The position numbers were made by a program, and so were the translations under genes. A DNA stretch of 64,000 bases from Squalus acanthias (Eukaryota): assembly GCA_030390025.1 (NCBI GenBank), contig JASTWF010000048.1, forward strand, positions 1,798,001 through 1,862,000, in the 5' to 3' direction. Below, one piece after another: positions 50,852-63,953 of the stretch; the first letter of the stretch is position 1; each line of letters starts with the position of its first letter. The notes beneath the pieces were generated by a model. That model was not told the DNA's origin. It searched no databases and worked only from the letters and a program-made list of their open reading frames with translations.

Positions 50852-52393
50852 TTTCAAATAAAAATGTTGGACTACAACCTGGTGTTGTGCGACTTCTCAC
50901 ATTTGTACACCCCAGTCCAACACCGGCATCTCCACATCATATAGATTTACAGCACAGAAGGTGGCAACCTGGCACATCTTGTGCGTGCCGGCCGACGAAG
51001 AGCTATCCACCCAAATGCCACTTTCCAGCACTTGGTCCACAGCCTTGTAGGTTACGGCACTTCAAGTGCATATCCAAGTACTTTTCAAATGTGACGATGG
51101 TTTCTGCATCTACCACCCTTTCAGGCAGTGAGTTGCCAGAACCACACCACCCTCTGGGTGAAAATAAATTCTCCTAAAATCCCCTCTAAAACCTGCTACC
51201 AATTACTTTAAATGTATGTCCCCTTGTTATCGGCCCTTCTGCTAATGGAAACAGGTCCTCCCTATCCACTCTATCTCGGCGCCTCATAATTTTATACACC
51301 TCAATTAGGACTCCCCTCAGCCTCCTCTTTCCCACAGAAAACAATCCCAGCCTTTCCAATGATTCCTCATAACTAAAATTCCCCAGCCACATCCTCGTAA
51401 ATATCTCTAGTGCAATCACATCCTTCCTGTAATGTGCTGACCAGCACTGCACGCAGGATCTAGCTACGGCCTAACTAGTGTTTTATAAAGTTCAGGTGGC
51501 CAAAAGTTTGATGAAAGAGGTACGTTATAAGGAGGAGAGATTGTGGGATTCGTTGAAAGCGAGAATTCCAGATCTCAGGGCTTAGCCAGCTGAAAGCACA
51601 GCCGCCAATGGTAGTTAACATCTTAATCACAAAATGCAAATTTGACTGGTGCAAGTTGTATGACTCGTCGCTCATTTGGTAGCTCTCACGACTCTGAGTC
51701 AGAGGGTCGTGGGTTCAGGGCCCGCTCTAGGCACATAAGAACAAATATCTAGGCTGACACTCCTAGTGAGGTATTGAGGGAGCGCTACACTGTCGGAGGG
51801 GCAGTACTTCCGGAGCACTGCACTGTCTGAGGGACTGTACAGATGGAGCGCTGCATTGTGGGAGGGGGCTTACTGAGAGAGTGCTGCACTGTTGGAGGGG
51901 CGATTCAGAGGGAGCGCTGCACTGTCGTAGGGGCAGTACTGAGGGAGCTCTGCACTGTCGGATGGGTAGTACTGAGGGAGGGCTGCACTGTCGGAGGGTC
52001 ATTATTGAGCGAAAGCTGCACTGTGGGAGGGGCAGTACTGTGGGAGCGCTGCACTGTCGGAGGCGCAGTATAGGTCAACATTTATCGCTCAACCAATATC
52101 ACTAAAACAGTTTATCTGGTCTTTATCACATTGCTGTTTGTTGCAGGTGCTGTGCAAAGATTGGTTGCCGTCTTTTAAACAATACAACGGTGAGCAGACT
52201 TCAAAGAACGTACTTCGATGGATGATAAGTGTTTTGGGACGTCCTGAAGTCGTGAAAGACGCCGTAGAGATGCAAATTAGTTCGCTCCAAAAGTGAGCTG
52301 CCCAGAGGGTGCTGGATCACAGCTGGCGATGAGCGCACGTTGAGAGGGTGTCAAGGTTTTTGTATCAGTCTGCGGCAGCTTTGTGTCGCTGTG

Positions 52394-53041
52394 CGATACT
52401 CGCCGCACAGTAATAGGTCGCAGAGTCTGTCAGCTCGGAGCCTTTCAGCTGCAGACTGAACTGGTTCTTTGCTAGGTCGAGTTTCACTTTGAATCGATTC
52501 TCGAAAACCGGCTCGCAGCTGCCGAACTCATTGCAAATCCACTGTATTGCCTCTCCCACTTGCCTCCACCAGTGCATGGCATGGCTGCCCATGCTCGCTC
52601 CCTCCAAACTGCACATGAAAGTGAACGGCTTTCCCTGGGGAATAGAGGCCACGGCTGGAGACTGGATCACAGTGGGTGCAGCCCGAACCCCTGGATGAGG
52701 TTTAAACAAAGAAAATAAGTTAGAATCATAGAAGGAAGATCGTAGCATAAAATCGTCGAATTTTACTGCACAGAAGCAGACCATTCCGCTACTTTGAAAG
52801 AGCTCTCCAGTTATTCCCACTTCCCTACAGCCCTTCAAATACCCACACCAATCCCAGCACTCAAGCATTGATCCAATTCCATTTTGGAAGTTATTATTCA
52901 ATCTATTTCCACTCGTATATCAATGCAATTTCTTTCTTTTACTGTTTGCAATTGATATGTCAATGCATAGTACTTACAACAGATCAAATGTCCGAGTGAT
53001 AAGGTGACCAAGATTAAGAACATTCTCGCTGAGAAACACAT
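52394..53041 (-). CDS. V1': paralog of V1, apparently functional (leader 52978-53041, V exon 52394-52690)
   Basis: Open V exon ending YYCAASI. RSS CACAGCG (52387-52393)-23-ACAAAAACC (52355-52363). Confidence 0.9.
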
Positions 53042-55737
53042 CGCCCTTCCCCGGGGATGACAGGCAGCTTTACTTAGCGACAACGTGTCAGCTGCACAAT
53101 TGCTCTCCTCAACGGTGCTGCCACCGGTGGTGATGAATTACGCGGGAGGACTGAGCAGCCAATCGTCTGCTTGGACCACCCATGTCAACAGTATGAACAA
53201 ATGAGAAGCATTTCCTTTGATAGCATTGTTTCTGCTAAATTATGTACGTAGGTGGAAGATCGTAGCGTCAAATCGTTGCATCTTACCGCGCAGAAGGAGA
53301 CCATTCGGCCCATCGTGCCTGTGCAGGGTCTTTGAAAGAGCTGTCCAATTAGTCCCACTCCCCTGCTCTTTCCGCATAGACCTGAAACAATTATGTTTGG
53401 TAATACTAGGGAAATGGGCTGGGTTATGAAATCAGTCTTTCTTACTGACTTGTTTTGCCTTCTTTTTTTCCCACTTTGCATTCCTTCTTTCTTTCTTTCC
53501 TTCTTTTTTTCCTTCTTTCTATTCGACGTTTCTTTCTGTCTTATATTCATCGGTCTTTCCTTCGTTCTGTCCCTTCCATTCTTTCTGTTGCTTGTAGTCA
53601 GCTCCGATCTCATACTATGATGGACTTGAAGTTACACCACCCTTTCCCACCATAACTTGAACGCGAGAGGGACGTGCAGGAGAGTGTATAACATCACAGA
53701 GTGTTAGAATAGCACAGTGCAGGAGAACGCCGTTCGGAATATTGAGTATGCGCCGGTTCATACGAAGGGCACTCCCTCGCTTTTTCCCCGTAACCCTGCA
53801 ATTTTTTCTACAACAAGCATTTATGCAACTCCCTTTCGAAAACGACCATTGCATCTTTATCCACCACCCAATCAGGTGGTGTATTCTAAATACTAAGCAC
53901 TCGTTGCGTAAAAAAGATATTCCTCATGTCGCCTCTGGTTGTTTGGCCAATCACCTTACATCTGGGCCCTCTGATTATCGACCCTTCAGACATTGGAAAC
54001 AATTTCTCCCGATTTACTCTTCGAAAATTCTTCATGATTTTAAACACCTCTGTCAAACCTGCTCTCGGCCTTCTCTGCTCTAAGGAGAACAACAACAGCG
54101 TGCACAGGCTATCCACGTAACCTTATCCCTAGAACCATTCTTGCCAATCTCTTCTGTGCCCTCTCCAAAGTATTCACGTCCTTCCTAAAGTGTTGTGCCG
54201 AGAATTGGGCATAATACTCTACATGGGGCCGAACTGTTGGTGTATATGGGATTAGCCTAACTTGATGGCTTTTGTACTGTATGACTCTATTTATAAAGCC
54301 ATCTGCTTTATTGACTGCTTTGTTAACTGTCATGTTGTGTCCTGTCTCTTTCAAAGATTTGTCCCAAAACACCTCCAGGTCTATATCTCCTTGCACCCCC
54401 TTTAAATTTATATTATACAGCAGGTATTTAGCATGTAATATAACGGTAAAACATGCTTCACAATACTGACATTAGTATTAATGTCTTTGTAATATGAGCA
54501 TCTATCCTAACATAAGCACGAACATCCGAATTAGGAGCAGAAGGAGGCCACTCGGCCCTTCGAGCCAGCTCCGCCATTCAATAAGATCATTGCTGATCCG
54601 ATTACTCCACATTCCCGCCTACCCCGATATCTTTTCACCCCCTTGCTTAACAAGAATCTATCGACCTCTGCCTTAAAAATATTTAAAGACTCTGCTTCCA
54701 CCGCCCTCTGAGGAAGAGAATTCCAAATACTCACGGCACTCTGTGAGAAGAAAATTCCCCTCATCTCTGTCTTATGTGGGCGACCCCTTATTTTGAAACA
54801 TTGACGCCTCGTTCTAGCTTCTCCCACAAGAGGAAACATCCACTCCACATCGACTCTGTCCAGACCCCGCAGGATCTTATATGTTTCAATCAAGTCACCT
54901 CTTACTCTTCTAAACTCCAGCTGATAGAAGCCTAGCCTATTCAAACTTTCCTCATAAGACAACCTGCCCATTACAAGTATTAGTCTAGTAAACCTTCTCT
55001 GAGCTGCGTCCAGCACATTTACATGCATCTTTAAATAAGGAGACCAATACTGTACACAGTACTCCAGATGTGGTCTCACCAATGCCCTGTATAACTGAAG
55101 CATAACCTCCCTACATTTGTATTCAATTATCCTCGCAATAAACGATAATATTCTATTAGCTTTCCTAATTACTGTGTTATAGAGGCTAACAGATAGATTA
55201 GATTTGGACTTTAGCATTCCACAGTCCAAAGCTAAGCAAGCAGGAGGCATCGCGCATGACACTGTATTTGTGTAAAGAATTATAGCCAAGTTTGGAGAGA
55301 GCATGTTTACATTTCAACTGTTAGTTACCTGGTCAAATTTGATATGTATAACATTTTGCTAAATTATTGAAAAATCCAGTGAGACTGGAATAGACGTAGT
55401 GCAACCTCGCCATCTACTGGCGTGATAGCATATGAAACTTAAGGATCACATGACAGTAATCCGAAATTGATAGGTTCAGGACAAGTAATCTGACCGCTTC
55501 GCATCTGTCTTTAAGGTGTATAAATTTGTATTGTTTTCATCAATACTTTGGTATTCTGTGCTGAGAACTCCCCTGGATTGGTTCGGAGTTCGTAGTCCCC
55601 GATGGATAGCCTACTTGTAAGTGTAAAGACGTCTAACCTTGCTTCTACTTTCTGTCGCTATTAATAAAAACAACAAGTTGTTTTATTACTGAGAAGTCGC
55701 ACAACACCAGGTTATAGTCCAACAGATTTATTTAATT

Positions 55738-55775
55738 TTACAAGCTTTCGGAGCTGTCGCTCCTTCGTCAGGTAA
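55738..55775 (-). ncRNA. Minimal type I hammerhead ribozyme within a 95-bp insert
   Basis: TTAC-CTGACGA-A-GGAGC(GACA)GCTCC-GAAA-GC-TT-GTAA. Confidence 0.85.
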
Positions 55776-57329
55776 TCTCCACATCATGTTTTATTACTGG
55801 CATGGGAACCGATATAAATAGGATTAATCTGCTTATTTAATTTAACAGCGAAGCCCCTTTCCTCGGGGAAGGATGGATGATCAGGAGAAGCACTGCTGAA
55901 TTTCCAGGATATTCCCCTCACTTTTTGCAGTGGTGATACTAAAGACTAATGTATCAATTAGTAGGAATGTACACGGTGCCATTTGCATTGAAATAGGCAG
56001 ATAGAAAATGGAAGAATCTGCTGTAAATTACAAGTTTGTTGATTCTAATTCCAAGAGAAGTGCGTGCGATTCAAGATGGACTCACGGGGCGGATTCTCCT
56101 CTGTATTTTGGTTGTAAACTTCAGTGTGGATGGCTATCAATCAATCACAGAACAACTCTCGAGTAATCTGCTTTGAGTAGACAGACTTGCTCAGTAATTT
56201 TAATGGTTATTGTTCTTTCCTATAGACGCTTGCGGAGATGACTTTACAACAAAAACAATTTGCATTTATATAGCGCCTTTAATGCAGAAAACCCAACTAA
56301 CACAACCAACTACACAGCTATCAGACAACATCTGACAGCGAAACACAAGGATAGATTAGGACAGGTTACGTAAATGTTGCTTGAATAGGTAGGATTTAAG
56401 GAGTATCTTAAAGGAGGAAAGAAAGGTCGAGAGGTTTAGTGATTAGAGAATTTCATAGATTATGGCTGAGCCAGATGAAGTCACGGCCGTCAATGGTGGA
56501 GAAATGGAAATCGGGGTCCGCGTAGGAGGAGTGCAGAGATCTCGGAGGGTTGTAGAGTTGGAGAAGGTTACACAGATAAGGAGGGCAGGGATTTGAACAC
56601 AAGGATGAGCATTTTAAAATGGTAGCGCTGCTCAACTGGGAGCCAAAGTATATCAGCGAGCACCGAGGAGTTGGGGAGAACGGGACTTTATTCGATGGAG
56701 AGTTTTCACACAGATCCCCGGAATTCTTATGACACATTTTTAAAATTCGTTCATGGGATGTGGGCATCGCTGGCAAGGCCAGCATTTATGGTCCCTTCCT
56801 GATTGCCCTTGAGAAGGTAGTGGTGTGCCCTCTTCTTGAAGCGCTGCAGTCTGTATGTTGAAGATGCTCCCACAGTGCTGTTAGGGAGGGAGTTCCAGGA
56901 TTTTGATCCAGTGGCGATGAAGGATCGGCGATCTACTTCTAAGTCAGGATGGTGCGTGACTTGGAGGGGAACTTGGAGGTGGTGGTGTTCCCATGCGCCT
57001 GCTGCCATTCTTCTAGATGGCAGACGTCGTGGGTTTGGGAGGTGCTGCCGAAGAAACCTCGGCGAGTTGGTGCATTGCATCTTGTAGATGGTACACACTG
57101 CAGCCACTGTGCGCCGGTGGTGGAGGGAGTGAATGATTAAGGTGGTGTAATGGGTGCCAATCAAGCGGGCTGCTTTGTCTTGGATGGTGTCGAGATTTTT
57201 CAGTGCTGTTGGTACTGCACTCATCCAGGCAAGTGGAGAGTGTTCCATCGCGCTCCTTACTTGTGCCTTGTAGATGGTGGAAAGACTTTGGGGAGTCAGG
57301 AGGTGAGACACTCGGCGCAGAACACTGTA

Positions 57330-57629
57330 CGCATCCTCGCTGGCCCCACAGTAATATATTCCGCTGTTCAAGACCAGGGTGTTTATCAGGTACAACGTGA
57401 AAGTGTTATTTTTAGGCTCGTAATAGACCTCAGTACCTTTTTCTGTAGTTAGATGCAGGAAGTACAACGGATCTGATCCAATCCAGGCGTTCCACGATCT
57501 GCACGTACCAGGCCAACCAATAGTTACTCATGTTGCCCTGCCCGATGCCGCAGTAGAACACGGCTTCCTCCCCTGGGACCTGGATGATGTCTGACGGGAT
57601 CTGGACGAGGAGTCGTTGGGAACGGACAT
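57330..57629 (-). pseudogene. V2': paralog of V2 pseudogene
   Basis: Same frameshift (RKRY*) and same LINE in the RSS; heptamer further decayed to TACAGTG (57323-57329). Confidence 0.85.
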
Positions 57630-58684
57630 CTGAATGATTATTTAAAAAACATTCAGGCAGATCGATCGTGACAGGACAATAGGGGGTGGCAGGCAGTATG
57701 AAATGGACTGCGGCAGGAGAAGAAGAGAGGGAAAAGGAAAGAAACAATTTACTTTCCTCAAGTTGCGGTGCTAACTTCTCGCTTATATTAACTCTACAGG
57801 TTAAGTCCAATTATACGTCGGGTTTATTGAACTGATAAAATTATAATGGCGTCAAACTAATAAGGGAAAACTAGAAATACATGCTAACTGAATCTGGATC
57901 TGAAAGATCTTAGAAGGAAACTAATTAATGTAAGATTCTAGAGACCGTAATATAACCGCTGCTACCGTGAGGTGATCGAGGTGCAGAACGAAATGTGAAA
58001 TGAGGTAGAGAAATGAAGAGAATGTGAGAGAGTGAGTGATAGAGGCAGAGAGAGAGGCAGGGAGAGACAGACAGATAGAGACAGAAAGACAGACACAGCG
58101 ATAAACATAGCTAGAAACACAGAGAGAGAATGAGAGAGAGAGTCGAGACACACAGAAATGGTGGTAGAAAAAAATGAGAGCGACAGAAAGACAATGAGTG
58201 AGTGGGAGAGACAGACTGAGCAAGACAGCTATAGAGACAAGATAGAGTGAAAGAGAGAAATACAGACAGAGTGGTAAGGCAGAGATAAGGAGAGCGAGAG
58301 CGAGAGAGAGATGGTTAGAGAGAGAAAGAAAGGCAAGAGAGAGAGAGAGAAAGCAATTTTACAAACAAAATGAAAGCTAACTATTTTTAAAATATCGATC
58401 AATTCTCGGCTACATTAGAAATATTGGAAGTTAGAGCAGAAGCGTTTTCTCCACCTAACAACGTCGAGATTCTCACAATGTTTACGTGAAGTTAGCATCT
58501 AGTGGATCAAATGGGAAACATCGCGATCTGCGCGGAATGAATGAACGGTCGGGAGGAAACTTCTGGGTGTTCGCGGGTGTCGAAGGGCCACAGCGCCACC
58601 ATCTGGCTGTTGAAACCATAGCATGCCGTTGGTTCTGGTTCAGGGAGTTTTTGTCACAGAGAGGCGGTGTTTTCACTCGCCGTG

Positions 58685-59767
58685 CATCACTGCACGCGCA
58701 GAAGTACACGGCGGTGTCGGACTGAGAGGCTCCGGTGAGTTCCAGAGTAAACTCGGTGTCGCTGTGTCTCAGGGCTTTAAACGCTCCGGAGGTGTAATTT
58801 GAAACGTGGTCGGTCCCAGCTGAATGGAATAGAGCAACGAGTTCCCGGCTTGTCCCTTGTCGGTACCAGTACATGTCGCGATAGTTACTGTTCCTCAGGA
58901 TACATCTCATTACGACCGATTTTCCTGAGCCAACGGACACAGTTTGCGGCGACTGGTCAACGAACGAAGCAGACACTTCTGTCAAATGGAGGAAAGAGTC
59001 AGATTTGTTTTGATAGAATGATACAGTACAGAAGAAGGCCATTTTATCCATATTGCCTGTACCGGCTCCTTCAAAGAGCTTTCCATTTGACCCACTTCCA
59101 ATAACTTCTTTCCTCATAGTACAGCAATGTTTACCATCTTAGGTATGTACCCAATTCCCGTTTGAAACTTACTATTGAATCTCCTACCACCACACTTTCA
59201 GGCTGTGCATTCCAAAAAACAACTCGCTGTGCAAAAGAAATTCTCCTCATCTCCCGACTGGTTCTTTTGCCAGACACCTATAATCTGTGTCCTCTGGTTA
59301 CCGACACTCCTGCCAGTGGAAACATTATCTCCTTATTTACTCCATAGAAAGCCCTCATAATTTTGAACACCTCTATTAAATCTCCCCTTAATCTTCTCTT
59401 CTCCAAGGAGAAAAAATCCAGCTTCTCCAGTCTCTCCGTGTAACTGAACTCTCTCATTCCTGGTACCATTCCAGTAAATCTGATTTCATTGCCTCCAAGG
59501 CCTTGACATCCTTGGCCTGTGTGATGCCCAGAACTGAACACACTAGTTGATCTGATGCATCACCAGTGTTTTATAAAGGTTTAGCATAACTTCATTGCTT
59601 CTGTACTCTATAAAAGTAGGAATTATAGTTTCGTGGATTAAACCAGCCTAATCATAGAAACTATTGTTAAATATGCATTGTGTTCCGACGTTCTGATTGG
59701 CGCATTGTTTAAACTTACCTGAAATTAAAGCAAGCGACAAAATTAAATATGGCACTTCAGGAAACAT
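58685..59767 (-). CDS. TRBV: V3': paralog of V3, apparently functional (leader 59719-59767, V exon 58685-58978)
   Basis: Leader MFPEVPYLILSLALIS; V ends YFCACSD. RSS CACGGCG (58678-58684)-23-ACAAAAACT (58646-58654). Confidence 0.88.
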
Positions 59768-59849
59768 GTTTAGTTCCGCTACAAGGACAGAATGGTCCTT
59801 TCTCCGCCGGAGTGTCGGATTATATTTGAAGCGTCATATACTGATGTCA

Positions 59850-61680
59850 CGTGTCAGCCGTGGCTCAGATAGTGCTGTCGACACTGAATCAGAAGGCTGG
59901 GGGTTCGAGCCCCACACAAGAGACACAAACACATAATTCAGGTCGACACTGCGCGCACCCGTACTGAGGGAGCTCAGCATTGTCAGAGGGGCAGTACTAA
60001 GGATGCGCGGCACTGTCAGAGGGGCAGTACTGAGGTAAGACTGCACTGTCAGAGGGGAAGTACTGAGGAAACGCTGCACTGTCAGAGGGGCAGTAATGAG
60101 GGAGCTCTGCACTGTCAGAGGGGCAATACTGAGGGAGCGCTACACAGTCGGAGGGGCACTACTGAGGGATCGCTGCACCGTTGGAGGGGCATTACAGAGG
60201 GAGCGCTAAACTGTCGGAGGGGCAGTAGTCAGGGAGCACTGCACTGTCAGAGGGGCATTACTGAGTGCACGCTGCACTGTCAGAAGGGCAATACTGCGGA
60301 AGCGCTGCACTATCAGACGGGCTGTACTGAGGGAGCGCTGCACTGTCGCAGGGGAACTACTGAGGGAGCATTACACTGATTGAGGGGCAGTACTGTGGGA
60401 GCTTTGCACTATCTGAGATGCAGGACTGAGGGAGCGCTGCACTGTCGGAGGTGCATTAATGAGCGAGCACTGTACTGTCGGAGGGCAGTACTGAGGGAGC
60501 GCTACACAGTCGGAGGGGCACTACTGAGGGATCGCTGCACCGTTGGAGGGGCATTACAGAGGGAGCGCTAAACTGTCGGAGGGGCAGTAGTCAGGGAGCA
60601 CTGCACTGTCAGAGGGGCATTACTGAGTGCACGCTGCACTGTCAGAAGGGCAATACTGCGGAAGCGCTGCACTATCAGACGAGCTGTACTGAGGGAGCGC
60701 TGCACTGTCGCAGGGGAACTACTGAGGGAGCATTACACTGATGGAGGGGCAGTACTGTGGGAGCTTTGCACTATCTGAGATGCAGGACTGAGGGAGCGCT
60801 GCACTGTCGGAGCTGCATCAATGAGCGAGCACTGTACTGTCGGAGGGGCAGTACTGAGGGAGCGCTGCACTGTCGGAGGGGCAGTACTGAGGGAGTGCTG
60901 CATTGTGGAAGCGGCAATACTGAGTGAGCGTTTCACGGTCGGAGGAGCAGTACTGAGGGAGCGCTGCACTGTCGGAGGGGCAGTTCTGCGGGATCGCTTT
61001 ACTATCGAAGGGGCACCACTGAGGGAGCGTTGCACCGTCGGACATGCAGTACTAAGGGAGCGCTGCACTGTCACAGGGGATGGACTGAGGGAGTGCTGCA
61101 CTGTCAGAAGGGCAGTAGCGAGGGTGCGCTGCACTGTCGGAGGGGCAGTTCTGAGGGAGCATTGCACTGTCGGAGGCGCATTATTGAGTTTGCGTGCACT
61201 GTCAGATGGGTAGTACTGAGGGAGCGCTGCACTGTCGGAGGGGCAGTATTGAGTGTGCGTGCACTGTCAGATGGGCAGTACTGAGGGAGCGCTGCACTGT
61301 CGGAGGGGCTGTTGTGAGGGAGTGCTGCACTGTCGGAGGCGCAGTATTGAGTGTGCATGCACTGTCAGATGGGTAGTACTGAGGGAGCGCTGTACTGTTG
61401 GAGGTGCCTTCTTTCGAAAGAGACGTAAAACAAGGCCCTGTCTGCCCACGGACACTATTGGAAGATGTGCAGGGGCATTCTCCCCGATTTCGTGTAACAA
61501 TATATTGACTAATCATGTATCTTATTGCTGTTTGTGGGAGCTTCCTGTGCAAAAACTGTCTGCAAAGTGTCCTACGTTACAACAGACTATACTTCAAATG
61601 TTTTTCTTTGGCCGTAATGCGCTTTGGGACGTCCTGTCGTCTTGAACTGTGCTATAGAAATGCAAGTCTTTCTTTCATTC
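59850..61680 (+). mobile_element. Deu-type SINE with ~1.45-kb 33-bp minisatellite, including a ~362-bp higher-order duplication
   Basis: Variant-unit order starting at 60141 is repeated from 60503. Confidence 0.8.
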
Positions 61681-62720
61681 TTCTTTTTTGTTCACCCGAG
61701 AGGGCAGATGATTTTAAGATGGCTCCTCCGACCGTGCAACACTCCTTCAGTACTGCCCGTCCAACAGTGCGACACTGCATTAGTACAAGCACTGAAGTGT
61801 CATCCTGAATGATTGGCTCAAGCCGATGGCGTTTAACTTCAAGCCACGACCTTCTAACTCAGGGAGGAAAGTGCTACCCTCTGAGCCAACGCTGATACTG
61901 TGCAACGTGAGCTGAGTCTTGCTCTGTATTGAAACCTGTTCTGCCTCAATCCCTCCAGCCAATGACGACGATTAAAAAGGCCGCGAGCGTCCATACAGAA
62001 GGGCCGACCGTGTAACAAATTTGTCAAGTTGCGCATGACACAAGTGCTGCCAACTAGTGGCGTAAATAAGCACTGAACATCTATCTCGAGCTGGCACCTG
62101 CTGGCGAAACTTCAGCACTGAAGTTCCATATCGAGCTGTCAATTTGCAATTTAATCTGAATGGAGCAAAGTTAATGTCAAGTCCTCAGAGAGGGCGCAGA
62201 AGAGATTCACTCGACTGCCACCAGGAATGCAGAGATTAAGTTACGTGGAGAGAGTGGATAAGTTGAGTTTGTTCTCCATAGAGCAGAGAACCATGCGCGA
62301 AAATTTGACAGAGGTGTTCAAAATCATATATGCTTTGATTAGATTAAATCAGGAGAAACTGTTTGCAGTGGCAGAAGGGACGGTAAACAAAGGGCACAGA
62401 TTGAAAGTAATTGGCAAACGAATCAGAGGGGAAGATGAGGAGATGTTTTATTTATGCAGCGAGTTGTTATTATCGTGAATACATTGTCTGAAAGAGCGGT
62501 GGAAGCAGATTCAAAAATAACTTCCCAAAGCGTATTGAATATATACGTAAAGGGGAAGAATTTGCTATATGGGGAAAGAGCAGGGGGGAGTAGTAGTAAT
62601 TGGATAGCTCTTTCAAAGAGCCGGTACAGTCACGGTGGTCCGAATGGCCTCCTTCCGTACTGGATCATTCTGTGGTGCGATGATCTGGTCGGCAGAAACT
62701 TTGCACTGAACTTTCATCTA

Positions 62721-62738
62721 GTGCTGCCACCTGGTGGC
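62721..62738 (-). promoter_or_regulatory. RSS-proximal CTCF-like site (V4'); paralog at 10791-10806
   Basis: GCCACCAGGTGGCAGCAC, 36 bp 3' of the nonamer. Confidence 0.7.
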
Positions 62739-62813
62739 AGAAAGTGATCACTGAACTCCCATTCATCCGCTGCAGGTTTTTGTAGCTGGGGAGCCGCTTT
62801 CTCAAACGCTGTG

Positions 62814-63821
62814 CGATACTACAGCACAGTAATAGACAGCGGTGTGAGACGGAGAGGCGGTGCTCAGTTCCAAAGTAAACAGCGTATTGCTGATTCTTTT
62901 GGCCGTAACAGACTCGGACGTGTATTTCCTAGTATCACCTTCGCCAGCAGAAGAGAAAAGAGCTTCTAATGGCCGGTCGGGTTGTTGTCTGTACCAGAAC
63001 ATGGTATAGCCAGTATTCGTCAACGTGCATCTGAGTGTGGTCGACTCTCCTGCTCCAATCGATAGGATAGTTGGCGACTGCTCCACGTACGAGGCGAGTA
63101 TTCCTGTCGAAAGGAACATCGATTAGATTCTTATTCCCATCAATAATTGAATAGGCAGGGATTACATCTAAAAAATAACTTGCATTTCTACAGTCCGTTT
63201 CGCGACCCCAGGACGTCCCAAAGCGCTTCAAACCAAGGAAGAACTTTTAGAAGTGTGGTCACTGTTGTAATGTAGTCATCGCTGTCGCCAAATTTCCCAC
63301 AGCAAGATCCCACACTGAGCAAGATGAAAACTTGGTGTTTATAGGTGCTCGATGCGGGATAGATATTTGATAATCTACGTCCACCTGAGAGGGCAGCTTT
63401 AATTAATTTCCGAAAGATGCCACCTGCGACGGTGCAGCACACCCTCAGTACTGCCCATCCGACACTCCAGCGCTCCCACAGTACTGCCCCCTACGATATT
63501 GCAGCGCTCCCTCAGTACTGCCCGCTCCGACATTGCAGCGCTCTCTCAGTACTGCCACTCCGATGGTGCAGCGCTCCCTCAGTACTGTCCAGTCCGACAG
63601 TGCAGAACTCCCTTATTACTGGCACTGGTAGCGTCAGCCTTGATTTTGTGCTCAAGTTTCTGTAATGAGACGCGATCCCGCGACCTTCTGACTCGGTAAC
63701 AAGAAGGCAATCATCTGAACTACAGCTGACATTATAGTACATTATTCGATAAAGTTTGTTACTTTGACTTACGTGGGATCAATGAAGCCATCAAGATTAG
63801 ATAATGAGTTTTAAGAAACAT
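62814..63821 (-). CDS. TRBV: V4': paralog of V4 (leader 63773-63821, V exon 62814-63103)
   Basis: Leader MFLKTHYLILMASLIP; CDR1 one codon shorter than V4; 1-nt deletion after YYCA. RSS CACAGCG (62807-62813)-23-ACAAAAACC (62775-62783). Confidence 0.88.
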
Positions 63822-63938
63822 GATTTATTCATTCGACGCTGGCTCGCTGTGTGAACGAGTGCACCTCTATACCACGTCTAAAAGCCGTTTCTCTGTTGCA
63901 TCTGTTTAAGTAAGGAGCATCCGGTTATTATTGTTATA

Positions 63939-63953
63939 TGACGTCACTTCCTG
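63939..63953 (-). promoter_or_regulatory. ETS-CRE decamer, V4' promoter
   Basis: Minus strand CAGGAAGTGACGTCA. The V4 copy reads CAGGAAATGACGTG (11887-11900). Confidence 0.7.
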
